Below are positions 30,216 to 41,558 of a stretch of DNA of 64,000 nt, piece by piece. The stretch is from positions 169,270 through 233,269 of the forward strand of contig JBHLMN010000009.1 in assembly GCA_048938105.1 (NCBI GenBank). The letters are read 5' to 3'. Origin of the DNA: Promethearchaeota archaeon. Its GTDB lineage: Archaea > Asgardarchaeota > Heimdallarchaeia > Hodarchaeales > Hodarchaeaceae. The notes under the pieces are model-generated. The model was not told the origin of the DNA and did no database searches. It saw nothing but the letters and a program-made list of their open reading frames with translations. Numbering within the stretch: the first letter of the stretch is position 1; each line of letters opens with the position of its first letter. The position numbers and the translations under genes are program-made.

Positions 30216-31550
30216 TTAAGGCACCTTGTTAATTTTTAGATGTTCTAGTCCTTGTTCCATGGTAATAAAAAAGAGTATGATAATTGAAGCTAGAGAAGCA
30301 AGGGCCGAAACAAGAAAGATTTCTGGTGGAGGAATATACCCAGGTTCACCATTCAGAAGAGTTGGCACCCCAAATGTTTCAACAACAAAAGCACCAATTG
30401 GGGGTCCTATCACCATTGGGATAAGAACAAAAAAAATCATACGAGGGCCTTGAAATCTTCCTATGTCCTCAGATGGATAGTTGTCTTGTATCCATGCTCC
30501 AAGAGTTATTCCTGAGACCATCCACAAACTAATACTCGATCCTGCGACTAGAATAATAGGAAATAAGTCTGCTGTTTGTACTAACATATATCCTATTCCA
30601 GGAATTAATCCTAGAATGGGTATTATAAACAGTACAACTTTTCTATTGAATTTATGACTTATAAAACCATAGAAAATCGAAATAATAACGGCAATTAAAA
30701 TAATTGCGGCTCCTATTATACTGATTTCTGATTTTGTGAAGCCTAAGTGATGTTCGAAGTAGATAAATTGATATGGGTAGGAAATATTCGATGCTATCCC
30801 CGTTAGGGCCATATAACTGAATAATAAATACAATAATCTGTTTTCTTTCATTGTCGACGGTTTTAAGGTATCAATTAAATCCTGAAGTATGGGTTTACCT
30901 GTTGTTTGTACTTCAACTGTAGGAATTGGTTCTTTCAAGATAAACGCAGTTATAATTCCAGTTAATGACACAAAACCCCCTAATATATAGAAAAAAATGA
31001 AATACCCATAAGTGTCGATGACAAACCCTGCTGCTCCAAGAGCAATAAGATTAGCTAACAAAGTAGTCGTTGAAATAATACCTTGTAAACGTCCCCTGTT
31101 GGTTGGATCAGTGATGTCTGTGACCCAAGCATTATATGCTGCATCATTAGCAGTCGAACCGAAAAAGGTCATTATTGCGTCAGCAATTATCACCATAACA
31201 ACAGCAATCCCAACATCATCAATCCAAGAGGCGGTAGGAAATAGAGCTGTAGTAACCCCCCAAAAGATATAACCAACAACTAAATAAGGCTTACGACGCC
31301 CCCATCTAAATTTGGTTCTATCTGAAAGAGATCCCATGATATAAGTTGTAACAGTAGCGATTATAGCACTTACAGCGACCATCCAAGCAACAGGTTGAGG
31401 ATTGGGAGTTAATTCATCAAATACAAATGTATTAAACCATGAGTTCTCTACTGCCCAAGCGATTTGCCCTGAAATACCCAAGATGAAAATAATGAACCAG
31501 TTTCGTGAACTAATACTTTTTATCTTGAACTTCTCTGCATTATTATCCAA
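30216..31550 (-). CDS. MFS transporter (GPH/sugar-glycoside-like)
   Basis: About 12 TM; [15 protein letters not shown] motif. Confidence 0.9.
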   Translation of the reverse strand: MDNNAEKFKIKSISSRNWFIIFILGISGQIAWAVENSWFNTFVFDELTPNPQPVAWMVAVSAIIATVTTYIMGSLSDRTKFRWGRRKPYLVVGYIFWGVTTALFPTASWIDDVGIAVVMVIIADAIMTFFGSTANDAAYNAWVTDITDPTNRGRLQGIISTTTLLANLIALGAAGFVIDTYGYFIFFYILGGFVSLTGIITAFILKEPIPTVEVQTTGKPILQDLIDTLKPSTMKENRLLYLLFSYMALTGIASNISYPYQFIYFEHHLGFTKSEISIIGAAIILIAVIISIFYGFISHKFNRKVVLFIIPILGLIPGIGYMLVQTADLFPIILVAGSSISLWMVSGITLGAWIQDNYPSEDIGRFQGPRMIFFVLIPMVIGPPIGAFVVETFGVPTLLNGEPGYIPPPEIFLVSALASLASIIILFFITMEQGLEHLKINKVP

Positions 31551-31615
31551 AATAATTACCTTTAATTAGCAGATGTTTTAGAAAGACAGATGTGAAATGG
31601 ATAGACCCTCTCTGA

Positions 31616-33982
31616 CTAAAAACTTCCATGTTCAGTTCGTCTAATGATTTCATCCTGTAATTCAGGTATCAGATCAACAAAATAATCGCTATAACCAGCA
31701 ACGCGAACTATCAAATCACGATACTTCTCTGGATTCATCTGAGCTTGTCGTAAGGTATCTGCAGTTACTACATTAAATTGGATATGGTGACTATCAAGTT
31801 TAAAATGAGCTCGTATTAGATGCATCAATTTCTCAATACCTTCCTCTGTTGACAAAAGCTCTGGACTGAATTTTTGATTCAGAAGAGTCCCCCCCGTCCT
31901 TAAATGATCAATTTTTGATACAGATTTAATCACTGCAGTCGGTCCTTTTCTATCAGCTCCCTGCACAGGAGAAATGCCTTCAGAAAGAGGTTCGCCATTT
32001 TTCTTCCCATCAGGCATAGCACCAGTCATTTGTCCAAAATAGATATGAACAGTTGTGGGAAGAAGGTTGATCCTATGATGACCACCCTTCGTATTGGGAC
32101 GTCCGTCAATAGCATTAAAATAACTCTCAAAAATTCGTTTAGTAATACTATCAGCATAATCGTCATCATTACCATATCTAGGAGTATCATTCACGAAGCG
32201 GTTTCTAAGTTCCTCAAATCCAGTAAAATCTGCTTTTAGAGCTTGAAGAAGTTCCTCCATACTAATAAAAGTATTATCAAAAATATTGTATTTAATTGAG
32301 GTCAATGAATCAGTCATACTACCTAAACCCACACCTTGGATATAGGTGGTGTTATATCTAGCTCCACCCGCATTATAGTCTTTACCATTAGCTATACAAT
32401 CATCAATCAAGAGAGAGAGAAAGGGAGCGGGCATATATTTTGCATAAATCCGTTCAATGATATTATTTCCTTTAATTTTGATATCTATGAAATATCTCAA
32501 CTGTTCCTCATAAGCAGCGTAAAGTTCATCGAAGGTACTGAAAGTTGTTGGATCACCAGTTTTTATACCAATTTGTTTACCTGTTTTAGGGTCAGTACCG
32601 TTGTTAAGAGTAATTTCCAACACTTTTGGCATATTAAAATAACCAGTTAAAATATAGGATTCTGTTCCGAAGGCACCAGTCTCTACACATCCACTAGCCC
32701 CTCCTTTTCGTGCATCTTTCAATGATTTCCCTTGACGAATCATTTCTTGAATAATTGCTTCACAGTTAAAAATGGAAGGTTGACCATAACCAGTTTTAAT
32801 GATTTTCAAAGCTCGTTTAATTAAGCGGTTGGGATTCTTCTTACTTAATTGAAGCATGGAACTAGGTTGTACTAACCGCATTTCTTCGACAATATCTAGC
32901 AGTAAATATGAGAGTTCATTTGTTGCATCTGATCCATCTTCCTTCACTCCCCCAATATTAATCAGGGTAAAATCTGTATAAGTATTACTTTCTTTAGCAG
33001 TTACACCAACTTTGGGTGGGGCTGGTTGGTTATTAAATTTAACCCAAAAAGCTTGGAGTAGTTCTATGACTTTCCCTCTAGTTAATGTTCCCTCCTCCAG
33101 CTCTTTTTTATAGAAAGGATAAAGATGCTGATCTAGACGTCCAGGATTAAATGAGTCCCAGGTATTCAACTCGATAGTTACTCCCAAATGCACAAACCAA
33201 TAATATTGCAATGCTTCCCAGAGAGTTCTAGGTGCATGAGCTGGTACCCATTGGCAGATTTCAGCCATTTTTAATAATTCTATAGCACGATTACTATCTT
33301 TCTCCTCACTTGCCTGTTCCTTTAATGCTTTAGAGTAGCGATGAGCGTAAGTAATTAACGCAGTAGTAGCAATATCCATTGCTTTTAATTCTTCTCTTTT
33401 ATCAAAGGCTTCGGGGTCATTATAGAAATCTAGGTTGTTAATAGACTGTTTAATTTCTTCTTTAAGATCCAAAAATCCTTTCCTGTATATTATATCACCT
33501 AAAACTGTATGACCTGGAGCTCTTTGCTCTTGAAATTCAGTAAATACACCCGCTTCATATGCAGCTTTCCATTCTTCTGAAACTGAACCAAATATTATGT
33601 CCCTGATGGATCTTCCTTTCTCCCAAAAAGGAATGATAGTGTTTCGATATATATTTCGTGTTTCCTCAATGACATTAAATGATATTTTTTTCCTAGATTT
33701 TAATATTTCAAGGTCTCTCAGGCTATGGACACATAACTCAGGATAAGTAGGCGCAGCTTTAGGTTTTGATCCTTTCTCTCCAACTATCAGTTCCCCATAG
33801 TTAATACAGAGCTTCTTATTCTCTAAGATGTACTTGAAAGCTAATGCACGCTTTACAGGGATTGAAACGCGGTCAGCAATTTCGCTTTGATAAAATTGTG
33901 TAAGTAATTCTGCTCTTTCAGGATCTAACCAAGGTTTTGCTTCTAAGCTTTGTTCACGTAGCCGCTTTATACGCTCATTCAT
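31616..33982 (-). CDS. hypD: Glycyl radical enzyme, trans-4-hydroxy-L-proline dehydratase
   Basis: RAPGH, NTWDSF, ESNTYTDF, SGCVE, LPTT and RVAGYS match HypD signature residues. Confidence 0.88.
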   Translation of the reverse strand: MNERIKRLREQSLEAKPWLDPERAELLTQFYQSEIADRVSIPVKRALAFKYILENKKLCINYGELIVGEKGSKPKAAPTYPELCVHSLRDLEILKSRKKISFNVIEETRNIYRNTIIPFWEKGRSIRDIIFGSVSEEWKAAYEAGVFTEFQEQRAPGHTVLGDIIYRKGFLDLKEEIKQSINNLDFYNDPEAFDKREELKAMDIATTALITYAHRYSKALKEQASEEKDSNRAIELLKMAEICQWVPAHAPRTLWEALQYYWFVHLGVTIELNTWDSFNPGRLDQHLYPFYKKELEEGTLTRGKVIELLQAFWVKFNNQPAPPKVGVTAKESNTYTDFTLINIGGVKEDGSDATNELSYLLLDIVEEMRLVQPSSMLQLSKKNPNRLIKRALKIIKTGYGQPSIFNCEAIIQEMIRQGKSLKDARKGGASGCVETGAFGTESYILTGYFNMPKVLEITLNNGTDPKTGKQIGIKTGDPTTFSTFDELYAAYEEQLRYFIDIKIKGNNIIERIYAKYMPAPFLSLLIDDCIANGKDYNAGGARYNTTYIQGVGLGSMTDSLTSIKYNIFDNTFISMEELLQALKADFTGFEELRNRFVNDTPRYGNDDDYADSITKRIFESYFNAIDGRPNTKGGHHRINLLPTTVHIYFGQMTGAMPDGKKNGEPLSEGISPVQGADRKGPTAVIKSVSKIDHLRTGGTLLNQKFSPELLSTEEGIEKLMHLIRAHFKLDSHHIQFNVVTADTLRQAQMNPEKYRDLIVRVAGYSDYFVDLIPELQDEIIRRTEHGSF

Positions 33983-33985
33983 TGA

Positions 33986-34771
33986 TTAACCTCCAAGTTT
34001 AGTTGTGAATCCAAGACCTCTAAATGTATCTAATAATTGATCCAACCTATCTGGCGATGGTGGGTCAAGATCAAGCATTTTATTTTCGCGATTCAATTTT
34101 TTGTACTTGCTGTAACCAATTTTGTGAAACGGAAGAAGATTAATTTCTCTTACAGTTTCAAGTTTGGATATCCATTCAGCCAATTGGTTAATATTTTCTT
34201 CTGTTTCTGTAATTCCAGTAATAACAGGGAAGCGAATAATTATTTTCTTTTCCTCTTTATCAAGTTTCTTCAGATTAGAGAGGATGGGTAAAACTGATAC
34301 TCCAGTATATTTCAGATGTTTTTTATCATCAATCATCTTAAGATCATATAAAAAAAGATCTACTTTATCCTTAACTTTTTTAACAATCTCCCAGGATGCA
34401 TATCCACATGTATCGAGTGTTGTAGTAAGTTCCCTCTCCTGACATGCAATTAATAAGCAATCCAAAAAGTCAGGTTGCATCAAAGGTTCTCCACCAGAAA
34501 AAGTTACTCCACCACTAGATTCATCGTAAAAAATCAAATCCTTTTCTATTTCAGCTATAACCTCTTCAACGCTTATCTCTCGTCCAATAATCTCCTTTTG
34601 TGTATTCTGATTATTCCAAATTATCTCTGGTTTTGGATTTTGACCTTCTGGATTATGACACCACCAGCAATTTAATGGGCAGCCCTTCAAAAAAACAGTT
34701 GTACGAATACCAGGGCCATCATGGAGAGCATATTTCTTGATGTCAAAAATAACTCCTTTCGTTTCCATCAC
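33986..34771 (-). CDS. Glycyl-radical enzyme activase (radical SAM), short form without ferredoxin insert
   Basis: HDGPGIRTTVFLKGCPLNCWWCHNPE, GVTFSGGEP and LLPFH. Confidence 0.93.
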   Translation of the reverse strand: MMETKGVIFDIKKYALHDGPGIRTTVFLKGCPLNCWWCHNPEGQNPKPEIIWNNQNTQKEIIGREISVEEVIAEIEKDLIFYDESSGGVTFSGGEPLMQPDFLDCLLIACQERELTTTLDTCGYASWEIVKKVKDKVDLFLYDLKMIDDKKHLKYTGVSVLPILSNLKKLDKEEKKIIIRFPVITGITETEENINQLAEWISKLETVREINLLPFHKIGYSKYKKLNRENKMLDLDPPSPDRLDQLLDTFRGLGFTTKLGG

Positions 34772-34903
34772 GTATACACATTTTAAGAGGATGTGGACTT
34801 GTTATAAAGGTCAGTATGGAATTTGATTTAACTTATTCTTTACAATTTCACTTTTTAATCAATTGTAAAATAGATCTATTGTTAAATATTTGGATGAATT
34901 TGA

Positions 34904-35338
34904 ATGGTAATATTTGCTACACCGATTACGCACAAAGTATTAATCAGAGTAGAACGAACAAAAGTCTTTGATAGTCTAACAACTGCTGAGGGTTTAGACG
35001 GATGGTTTACAAACGGAGCTTATGTTGATAGACGACCAGGAGGTAAAATTATCTTCAAATGGGTAGATTGGGGACCTGATAAAATTAATACGCAAGCAAT
35101 ATGCCCAATTGTTGAAGTCAATGTTCCTGAACGTTTTGTGTTTAAATGGTGGGAAGATCATTATACAACCGTTGAAATAGACTTTATAGAGGTGGAAGAG
35201 GGAACATTAGTTAGTGTCAAAGAATATGGATACATGGATACCTTAGAAGGGCACCAACGTTGCCTTGAATGTGCTGTAGGGTGGGGGGAAGCACTGACTC
35301 TCCTCAAATTTTATTGCGAACATGGATTAAGATATTAA
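34904..35338 (+). CDS. SRPBCC/AHSA1-like domain protein
   Basis: VFDSLTTAEGLDGWF, PERFVFKW and GWGEALTLLK. Confidence 0.85.
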   Translation: MVIFATPITHKVLIRVERTKVFDSLTTAEGLDGWFTNGAYVDRRPGGKIIFKWVDWGPDKINTQAICPIVEVNVPERFVFKWWEDHYTTVEIDFIEVEEGTLVSVKEYGYMDTLEGHQRCLECAVGWGEALTLLKFYCEHGLRY

Positions 35339-35596
35339 TAAATATGAAAGGAATAATGAAAGAAGGAGAAATGTAAATAAAATCTTTAGATAATACCTAG
35401 GAGAGCTAGAGACTTAGGACTCATGTTGAATGGTGAAGCTAGTAGAAAAATGCTATTACTGATATAGAAGAAGTGAAAATTGGACATTATACGATTATAA
35501 AGGCCAAAAAAAGGCTTCTTATTGTTGGAGAAAATCTTAATAGAACAGGATTTAGTGCATTTTTTCATTCCTTGAATATTGTAAATCGGGATAAAT

Positions 35597-36829
35597 ATGA
35601 ACTCTACATTTAAAAATCGAATAATTATATTAATTTTCTTTTTTGGTTTAGTTTCCATCTATCTGCCAGAAATTACTTGTAATACTAATCCTTCTCATAG
35701 TTTTATAACTGTAGAAGGCAAGACTTCATTTCCTAACAATGACCTTAGCTGGAACCTTAAATCGATCAGTGTGGATGGAGCATGGGAACTTACAAATGGT
35801 TCAAAAGCCGTAACTATTGCAATTATAGATTCTGGTATTGATTTCTCGATTCCTAACCTTCAAGGTTCAAATTGGATAAACAAAAACGAAACAGCCCTAA
35901 ATGGTATCGATGATGATAATAATGGTTATATTGATGATATTACAGGATGGGATTTCGTTTCCGTTGATAATACTCCATATGAAGGGGATAGTCATTGGCA
36001 TGGATCATATGTGGCTAATTGGGCGAAGGAGGTGGCTCCTAATGTTTCAATTATGGATCTCCGAATTCTCGATAGCGAAAATAGCTTTAATGGATCTTTC
36101 TGGAAGCACATTGTTGCAGCAGTAAATTATTCTATTAACATGGATGCTGATGTTATTAATCTCAGTATTTGGTGTTATGGTGTACCTCCATCAAGTTTTC
36201 ATGATATATTAAAGCGAGCGATCGCTGAAGGGATAGTAATTGTTGGAACAACAGGAAATACATGGGATGATTCCTCCACAAAAGGGGTTCAATATCCTGG
36301 TAAATTTCCTGAAGTTATTGCAACTTCATCTATAAGTTCAAATCAAAAAATATCAACTTTTTCACGTAAAGGCCCTGAAAATGAAATTTGCGCTCCTGGG
36401 GAAAATCTAGCACCACTTGGATCAATAAGAGCTAACGGAACATCTTTTGCAGCACCACATGTTTGTGGTTGCATAGCTCTTATGAAGTCGATAAATAAGA
36501 GTTTGACTCCAGTTGATGTTCGTACCATCCTAGCTTCAACTGCTAATGATAAAGGTCTACCAGGTAGAGATGAGAGCTATGGATATGGTTTACTCAATGT
36601 AACCAATGCAGTTCGAGGAGCAGCAGGATTACAGATTTGGAATTATACAATGGTTCCAGTAAGCACTACAACTGATGATATCACTCGTACAGCAACAACT
36701 TCAAAAGAGAATTCCTCAACGATGATTACAACAACGACTGAAACATCAACTTCTCACCAGACTAATTTCTTAATCCTAGAAATGATCTGTATTGTGTTTG
36801 TATTACTTAGGAAAAAGAAGAGAACTTAA
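35597..36829 (+). CDS. Secreted, surface-anchored S8 subtilisin-like protease
   Basis: Signal peptide; triad IIDSG / HWHGS / GTSFAAP; S/T-rich linker, TM and basic tail. Confidence 0.92.
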   Translation: MNSTFKNRIIILIFFFGLVSIYLPEITCNTNPSHSFITVEGKTSFPNNDLSWNLKSISVDGAWELTNGSKAVTIAIIDSGIDFSIPNLQGSNWINKNETALNGIDDDNNGYIDDITGWDFVSVDNTPYEGDSHWHGSYVANWAKEVAPNVSIMDLRILDSENSFNGSFWKHIVAAVNYSINMDADVINLSIWCYGVPPSSFHDILKRAIAEGIVIVGTTGNTWDDSSTKGVQYPGKFPEVIATSSISSNQKISTFSRKGPENEICAPGENLAPLGSIRANGTSFAAPHVCGCIALMKSINKSLTPVDVRTILASTANDKGLPGRDESYGYGLLNVTNAVRGAAGLQIWNYTMVPVSTTTDDITRTATTSKENSSTMITTTTETSTSHQTNFLILEMICIVFVLLRKKKRT

Positions 36830-36964
36830 TCTATAGTTCCTCTATGATATCTAGGCAAATTTATTTTCGTTAAGTATTATTAAACAAATAAGATTGTTAT
36901 TAACAATGCAATTTATGCTGTAGAAATGCCTATAATCCCTTATGGAATCCCATGAGCTGAATAT

Positions 36965-38017
36965 ATGAAGAAACCAAAATTATTTATAAACACTTTTGAC
37001 CCACAAACTGCATCTGATGATGTTTGGGAGAAGTTTTTTGAAGCTTATAAGAAATATCAGGAAGAGATGTATCCTGGTGACCCTCTACCTTCAAATGATA
37101 GATTGAAGAAAGAAATGAAGAATCCAGGTCCAGATCCTAAGGATTTTCGTTGGTTAGTCTTTTCAGAGGAAACAAATATGAATGTTATCGGGTATGGGAG
37201 AGTTACAATATACAACGAATCGTCCCCAGCTTATCAGTCGAATAAACACGTTGCCTCTGGAATGCTCTTCATCGATAAGGAGTACCGACGTCTCGGGATT
37301 GGCACTGAATTACTCATGATCCTTGTAACTAAAGTGAAACGAGAACAAAAGACTGTATTTCAGGGAGGAAGTCAACATGAATCTGGAAAGGAATTTTGTC
37401 AAAAATTTGGGGCTAAAATTGCTTTAACAGAAGAGGAAAACAGATTGAACCTTGAAGATGTTGATTGGGATATGATAAATGAATGGAAAATTGAGGGGCC
37501 AAAACGAGCGGAGGGAGTAACTATTGAAATGTTTGAGACTGTACCAGAGAAAGATATCGAAGAATATTGTAAGATTTACGCTGAAACTTTAAATCAAGTT
37601 CCAAAAGGAGAATTGGAATGGGAGGCTGTAGAGACGCCTAAGACAAGAAGAATTCGAGAAAAACGTCGTAAGCTACTAGGAGCAACCTGGACCACAATGA
37701 TCACAAGAGAAGAGAATGGAGTAATCAGTGGATTGACAGAAACGATTTACAATCCTGATCGCGAAACTCTCTTATTTCAAGCATTAACTGGTGTAAAAAA
37801 AGAATACCGGGGGAGAGGACTAGGAAAATGGTTGAAAGCCGAAATGGTAACTTATATTAAGAAGACGTTTCCAGAAGTCAAGTACCTTGTTACAGATTTC
37901 TCTATTACTAATGCACCCATGATAGCTATTAATAAACGATTAGGTTTCAAGAAACATATGATGTGGACTGAATATAAGTTCAACGTAGAGGATTTATGTC
38001 AGCGCTTAGGACTTTAA
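36965..38017 (+). CDS. Tandem GNAT acetyltransferase
   Basis: EYRRLGIG, TGVKKEYRGRGLGKWLK and NAPMIAINKRLGF. Confidence 0.88.
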   Translation: MKKPKLFINTFDPQTASDDVWEKFFEAYKKYQEEMYPGDPLPSNDRLKKEMKNPGPDPKDFRWLVFSEETNMNVIGYGRVTIYNESSPAYQSNKHVASGMLFIDKEYRRLGIGTELLMILVTKVKREQKTVFQGGSQHESGKEFCQKFGAKIALTEEENRLNLEDVDWDMINEWKIEGPKRAEGVTIEMFETVPEKDIEEYCKIYAETLNQVPKGELEWEAVETPKTRRIREKRRKLLGATWTTMITREENGVISGLTETIYNPDRETLLFQALTGVKKEYRGRGLGKWLKAEMVTYIKKTFPEVKYLVTDFSITNAPMIAINKRLGFKKHMMWTEYKFNVEDLCQRLGL

Positions 38018-38050
38018 ACGAAAAAGAGATTATCCTCTGAAAAAAGAGAG

Positions 38051-38740
38051 TTAATCTTTGCGATTGACATAGATTACACAAAAAATACTAGATTGATCAA
38101 CCTCCTCAATTGTAACATTTAATCCCATTTCTGAAGTAATAGTAGAAAAATCTTCAACAGTGTACGTTGTCGCCTTAAAACCATCTTTGCATATAATAAC
38201 ACCCCTACCAGTCTTTTCTAAATCAATTTCCCCAAGTAAACCCTCTTCTGATTGTTTAATAAACCAATCGAGTCGTGCTTCCCAAATTTTATCGGAATAA
38301 CTAGAAAAAAGAACTTTCCCTCCTGATTTAGTGACCCTAATGCTTTCTTGAATTAGTTTTTGAGGATTAACTTTAAACGCAGATATTCCGTTTTGAATAG
38401 CCATAACTACATCAAATGTTTTGTTCTTAAAATTGAGAGATGCAGCATTCATTTTATGCAACTTAACGTTAAGGAACTCTGCTAGGAACTCATACGCATA
38501 CAGAAGACTATCCTTTGAAGTGTCAATACCATAAATAGAACTTGCTTTCATTGCTAATCTAGCTAATACTCTTCCATACCCACAACCAAGCTCAAGTATA
38601 ACATCGGTTGTCTTAATATTATCCAGGACATATTGGATTTCAGCTTCTAAATATTGTTGAATTCGGGGAGGAGCTATATCGTAACATCGCTTCAAATTTA
38701 ATGCAGAAAGTTTTTTCAAGTAATATTCTTTCTCATCCAT
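38051..38740 (-). CDS. Class I SAM-dependent methyltransferase
   Basis: ILELGCGYGR, GIDTS, FDVV and RVTKSGG. Confidence 0.9.
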   Translation of the reverse strand: MDEKEYYLKKLSALNLKRCYDIAPPRIQQYLEAEIQYVLDNIKTTDVILELGCGYGRVLARLAMKASSIYGIDTSKDSLLYAYEFLAEFLNVKLHKMNAASLNFKNKTFDVVMAIQNGISAFKVNPQKLIQESIRVTKSGGKVLFSSYSDKIWEARLDWFIKQSEEGLLGEIDLEKTGRGVIICKDGFKATTYTVEDFSTITSEMGLNVTIEEVDQSSIFCVIYVNRKD

Positions 38741-38777
38741 TTCTTTGACCTTAAAGTTTCAAATTAGAGGATATTTT

Positions 38778-39290
38778 CTAGTCACACGACCAAAAATGTT
38801 CATATTTTTTTAGATACGGCCTTTGTTTCACAATTTCATTCCATTCTAGGTTCGACACCATAGGCTGACAGTGAAGAGCTTTCTTAACAATCATTTTAGT
38901 GTATTCAGGAACTTCTAGATCCTCATTTAACTCATTCATTGTAACCCATCGAATTTCTCGGATTTCTTCATTTTCTTTAATTAGAGGTTTTGGATCAGAT
39001 TCAAGCTGACAAAGAAAAATGCAGTAAAGATCAGTTAAGTTATCTGTTGCACGAACCATACTCCTCATTCCAATTATTCCAAGTGGTTTTATTTCCTGTC
39101 CAGTCTCTTCTGAAATTTCTCTTTTTATTGCTTCTTGTAATGTTTCCCCAGGATCAACAAGACCCCCTGGAATTAACCACTTGCCTTTTGCTGGACCATA
39201 AGTCAGTTTAACTAATAAGACTCTAGCGTTATGAAATATCACACCTCCAACCCCAATAAAGTGACACGCTACTTCCTTTGGATAAGACAT
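38778..39290 (-). CDS. Nudix hydrolase
   Basis: GGLVDPGETLQEAIKREISEETG Nudix box. Confidence 0.92.
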   Translation of the reverse strand: MSYPKEVACHFIGVGGVIFHNARVLLVKLTYGPAKGKWLIPGGLVDPGETLQEAIKREISEETGQEIKPLGIIGMRSMVRATDNLTDLYCIFLCQLESDPKPLIKENEEIREIRWVTMNELNEDLEVPEYTKMIVKKALHCQPMVSNLEWNEIVKQRPYLKKYEHFWSCD

Positions 39291-39389
39291 AGTAAAAATA
39301 CCTCTCTCGGAGCTCCTCTGATCATAATTTCATCTGAGAAGGGGGAATATTATTATAAATGACTATAACTAGGTATTCCGAGGATACAT

Positions 39390-41555
39390 TCATTTTATGG
39401 TTTCTATGATGTCATCCGTGTCTTTTAGAATTGTTTTCACGGATGTCACAACATTCTCTGTGTTGGTGGTGACGTTCATTGTAAGCGTTTCAGAGGCAGT
39501 ATCAATAGCTGTATTTAGTTCTTCAAATTTAATATCTAAAGTACGACGCTGATCATCTACTCCCTCACGATGATTCCGATTAGCCTCTAGGAATGAATCA
39601 AGACTTTGCTGTTGATCATCAAAGAAACGAGTAAACTTCTCTTGGAGATTATCTCGATAATTATCAACAATCTCTATATTCTTATTAAGTTCTTTGGTAG
39701 CATTAGCTCGGAACTTTGCAATTGAGCTTTTATGCTCATCCTCTAATCCTTCAATAAGGTCTTTTGTACTCTGTTCACTGGTTTTTACATTTTCATCTAA
39801 CTTGTGATGAGTTTCACCGACAATTGATCTAATTGAACTCATTCCATCTTGCTCAATAGCAGTTACTTGTTTCCTAAGATCATCAAATGCTGCAGTACTT
39901 GTCCTTGTTACTTCAGATTTCTTATCCTCGATGTATTCTAGATTTGATTCGATATGATCTTCAGCTGCAGGTGAGATGCTACTAATAGTAGTGACCAATT
40001 CACTCTGTTTAGTTCGCAAGGTACTCCGAATGTCTGTGAGTGTAGTTTCGATATTTTTTTCCTGACCAGATTGAAGAGTTCTAAATGATTCATTTACAGT
40101 ATCTCCTAATTGATCAAGTGTACTTGCGTTTTTGCTAATTGTAACACCGATAATTGTTTCTGTATTATCAAAAAAATCCATCAGAGAAACATCTATATCA
40201 GAAGCAGTTTTATCAAACTTAGTCGCTGTAGTCTCCTTGTATTGAACTATTGATGAATCTATAGCACTGAATCTATCTTCAACAGCATTCATTAAACTAG
40301 AATACATATTCTCACGGGTCTTCTTATACTCATCGGAGACTTTAGAAATGACTCCTGAGACCTGATCCTCGAGTTGTTTTCCTATACCACCGATTTTATT
40401 TAAATTACTTACGAGAAGGCCATCTAAACTCCCTTTCATCTCCTCACGGGCACTGGTTAATCGAGAAATAAGCGCATCAATTTGATTAAGAATCGAATCT
40501 TGGAATTTAGTGAATGAAAGGGTAATATTGTCAATTTCATTATATAAATTTGTCATAAGCTGGTTTTCTAGGTCTGTTAACATATTAGTCTGGGAGTTTT
40601 CATTCGATTCCAAAATATTCTGAAAAGTTTTAGCAGATGTTTCTTTAATCGTGGAGAGAGCACTTGAATGTTCCTCTTGTACCGATTTCCAATCCTCAAT
40701 CGCTTCAAGTAATTGGTTCTCAATCCTAGCCTTAACATCTGACTTTGCTTTTATTACTGCTTCATGAATGGCTTTTTGCATCTCTGTATTGTTGGATTTT
40801 TGACTTGTAAGACTTTCTTCAAGATTGTTCATCACCCCATCGATACCTGCTAATAAATCTTCTTTAGCCATCTCTAACCGCCCCACAGAGTCACTGACGG
40901 TGCCTGCAAAGATTGCATCGACATTAGTTTCTTTGGAGTCACTAAGGTCTCTAATTTTAGCTCGAAACTCATTTAATGATTCTATAAATGAGGAGGCAAT
41001 ACTCTCAGTCATTTCTCGTTGATTAGCACTTTCACTTTCAACTGTACTGACAATGTCACGTTGTATCTGTGATAATTTATTAGAAATAGAATCTTCAAAT
41101 TCAGAGATTTGATCCCGTTGAGTAGAATAAATATCACTCAAACCAGTGTTGACTTTTCCCGCCATTTGAGAATAAATAGAAGAGACATCTTCTTCCTGTT
41201 GTGTTGATAAATTAATCATTGCTTTCTGAAGTGTCTGAACACCAGAACTGATTTGTCCTAATAAATTGTTCAAGCGGTCGTTTAATGCAGCTTTATCTGA
41301 AAGTAGGGTTTTTTTCTTATAATCCTCTAATTCTCTTGTAAAATTATCGATACTATTCATTAAAATGTTGATTTCAGAAAGAGTACTATCCTTGGATTTG
41401 GCTAAACTGTTAGTAAAACTTTCCAATGCCTTTTTACTTTCTTTTCCAAAATCAAGAATCCTTTTCTGAAGTTGACTATTTTCACTTTCAATTTTTGCTT
41501 TATGGTCTTTTATTCTACTAATTTTTTCATCCTGTTCTGTACTCATAATTCTCAC
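39390..41555 (-). CDS. 721-aa all-helical coiled-coil/apolipoprotein-like repeat protein
   Basis: Only one Pro, no Cys, S/E/D/T/L/I-rich, apparent 11/22-residue periodicity; 3-nt gap after the upstream ATPase. Confidence 0.8.
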   Translation of the reverse strand: MRIMSTEQDEKISRIKDHKAKIESENSQLQKRILDFGKESKKALESFTNSLAKSKDSTLSEINILMNSIDNFTRELEDYKKKTLLSDKAALNDRLNNLLGQISSGVQTLQKAMINLSTQQEEDVSSIYSQMAGKVNTGLSDIYSTQRDQISEFEDSISNKLSQIQRDIVSTVESESANQREMTESIASSFIESLNEFRAKIRDLSDSKETNVDAIFAGTVSDSVGRLEMAKEDLLAGIDGVMNNLEESLTSQKSNNTEMQKAIHEAVIKAKSDVKARIENQLLEAIEDWKSVQEEHSSALSTIKETSAKTFQNILESNENSQTNMLTDLENQLMTNLYNEIDNITLSFTKFQDSILNQIDALISRLTSAREEMKGSLDGLLVSNLNKIGGIGKQLEDQVSGVISKVSDEYKKTRENMYSSLMNAVEDRFSAIDSSIVQYKETTATKFDKTASDIDVSLMDFFDNTETIIGVTISKNASTLDQLGDTVNESFRTLQSGQEKNIETTLTDIRSTLRTKQSELVTTISSISPAAEDHIESNLEYIEDKKSEVTRTSTAAFDDLRKQVTAIEQDGMSSIRSIVGETHHKLDENVKTSEQSTKDLIEGLEDEHKSSIAKFRANATKELNKNIEIVDNYRDNLQEKFTRFFDDQQQSLDSFLEANRNHREGVDDQRRTLDIKFEELNTAIDTASETLTMNVTTNTENVVTSVKTILKDTDDIIETIK

Positions 41556-41558
41556 CCG

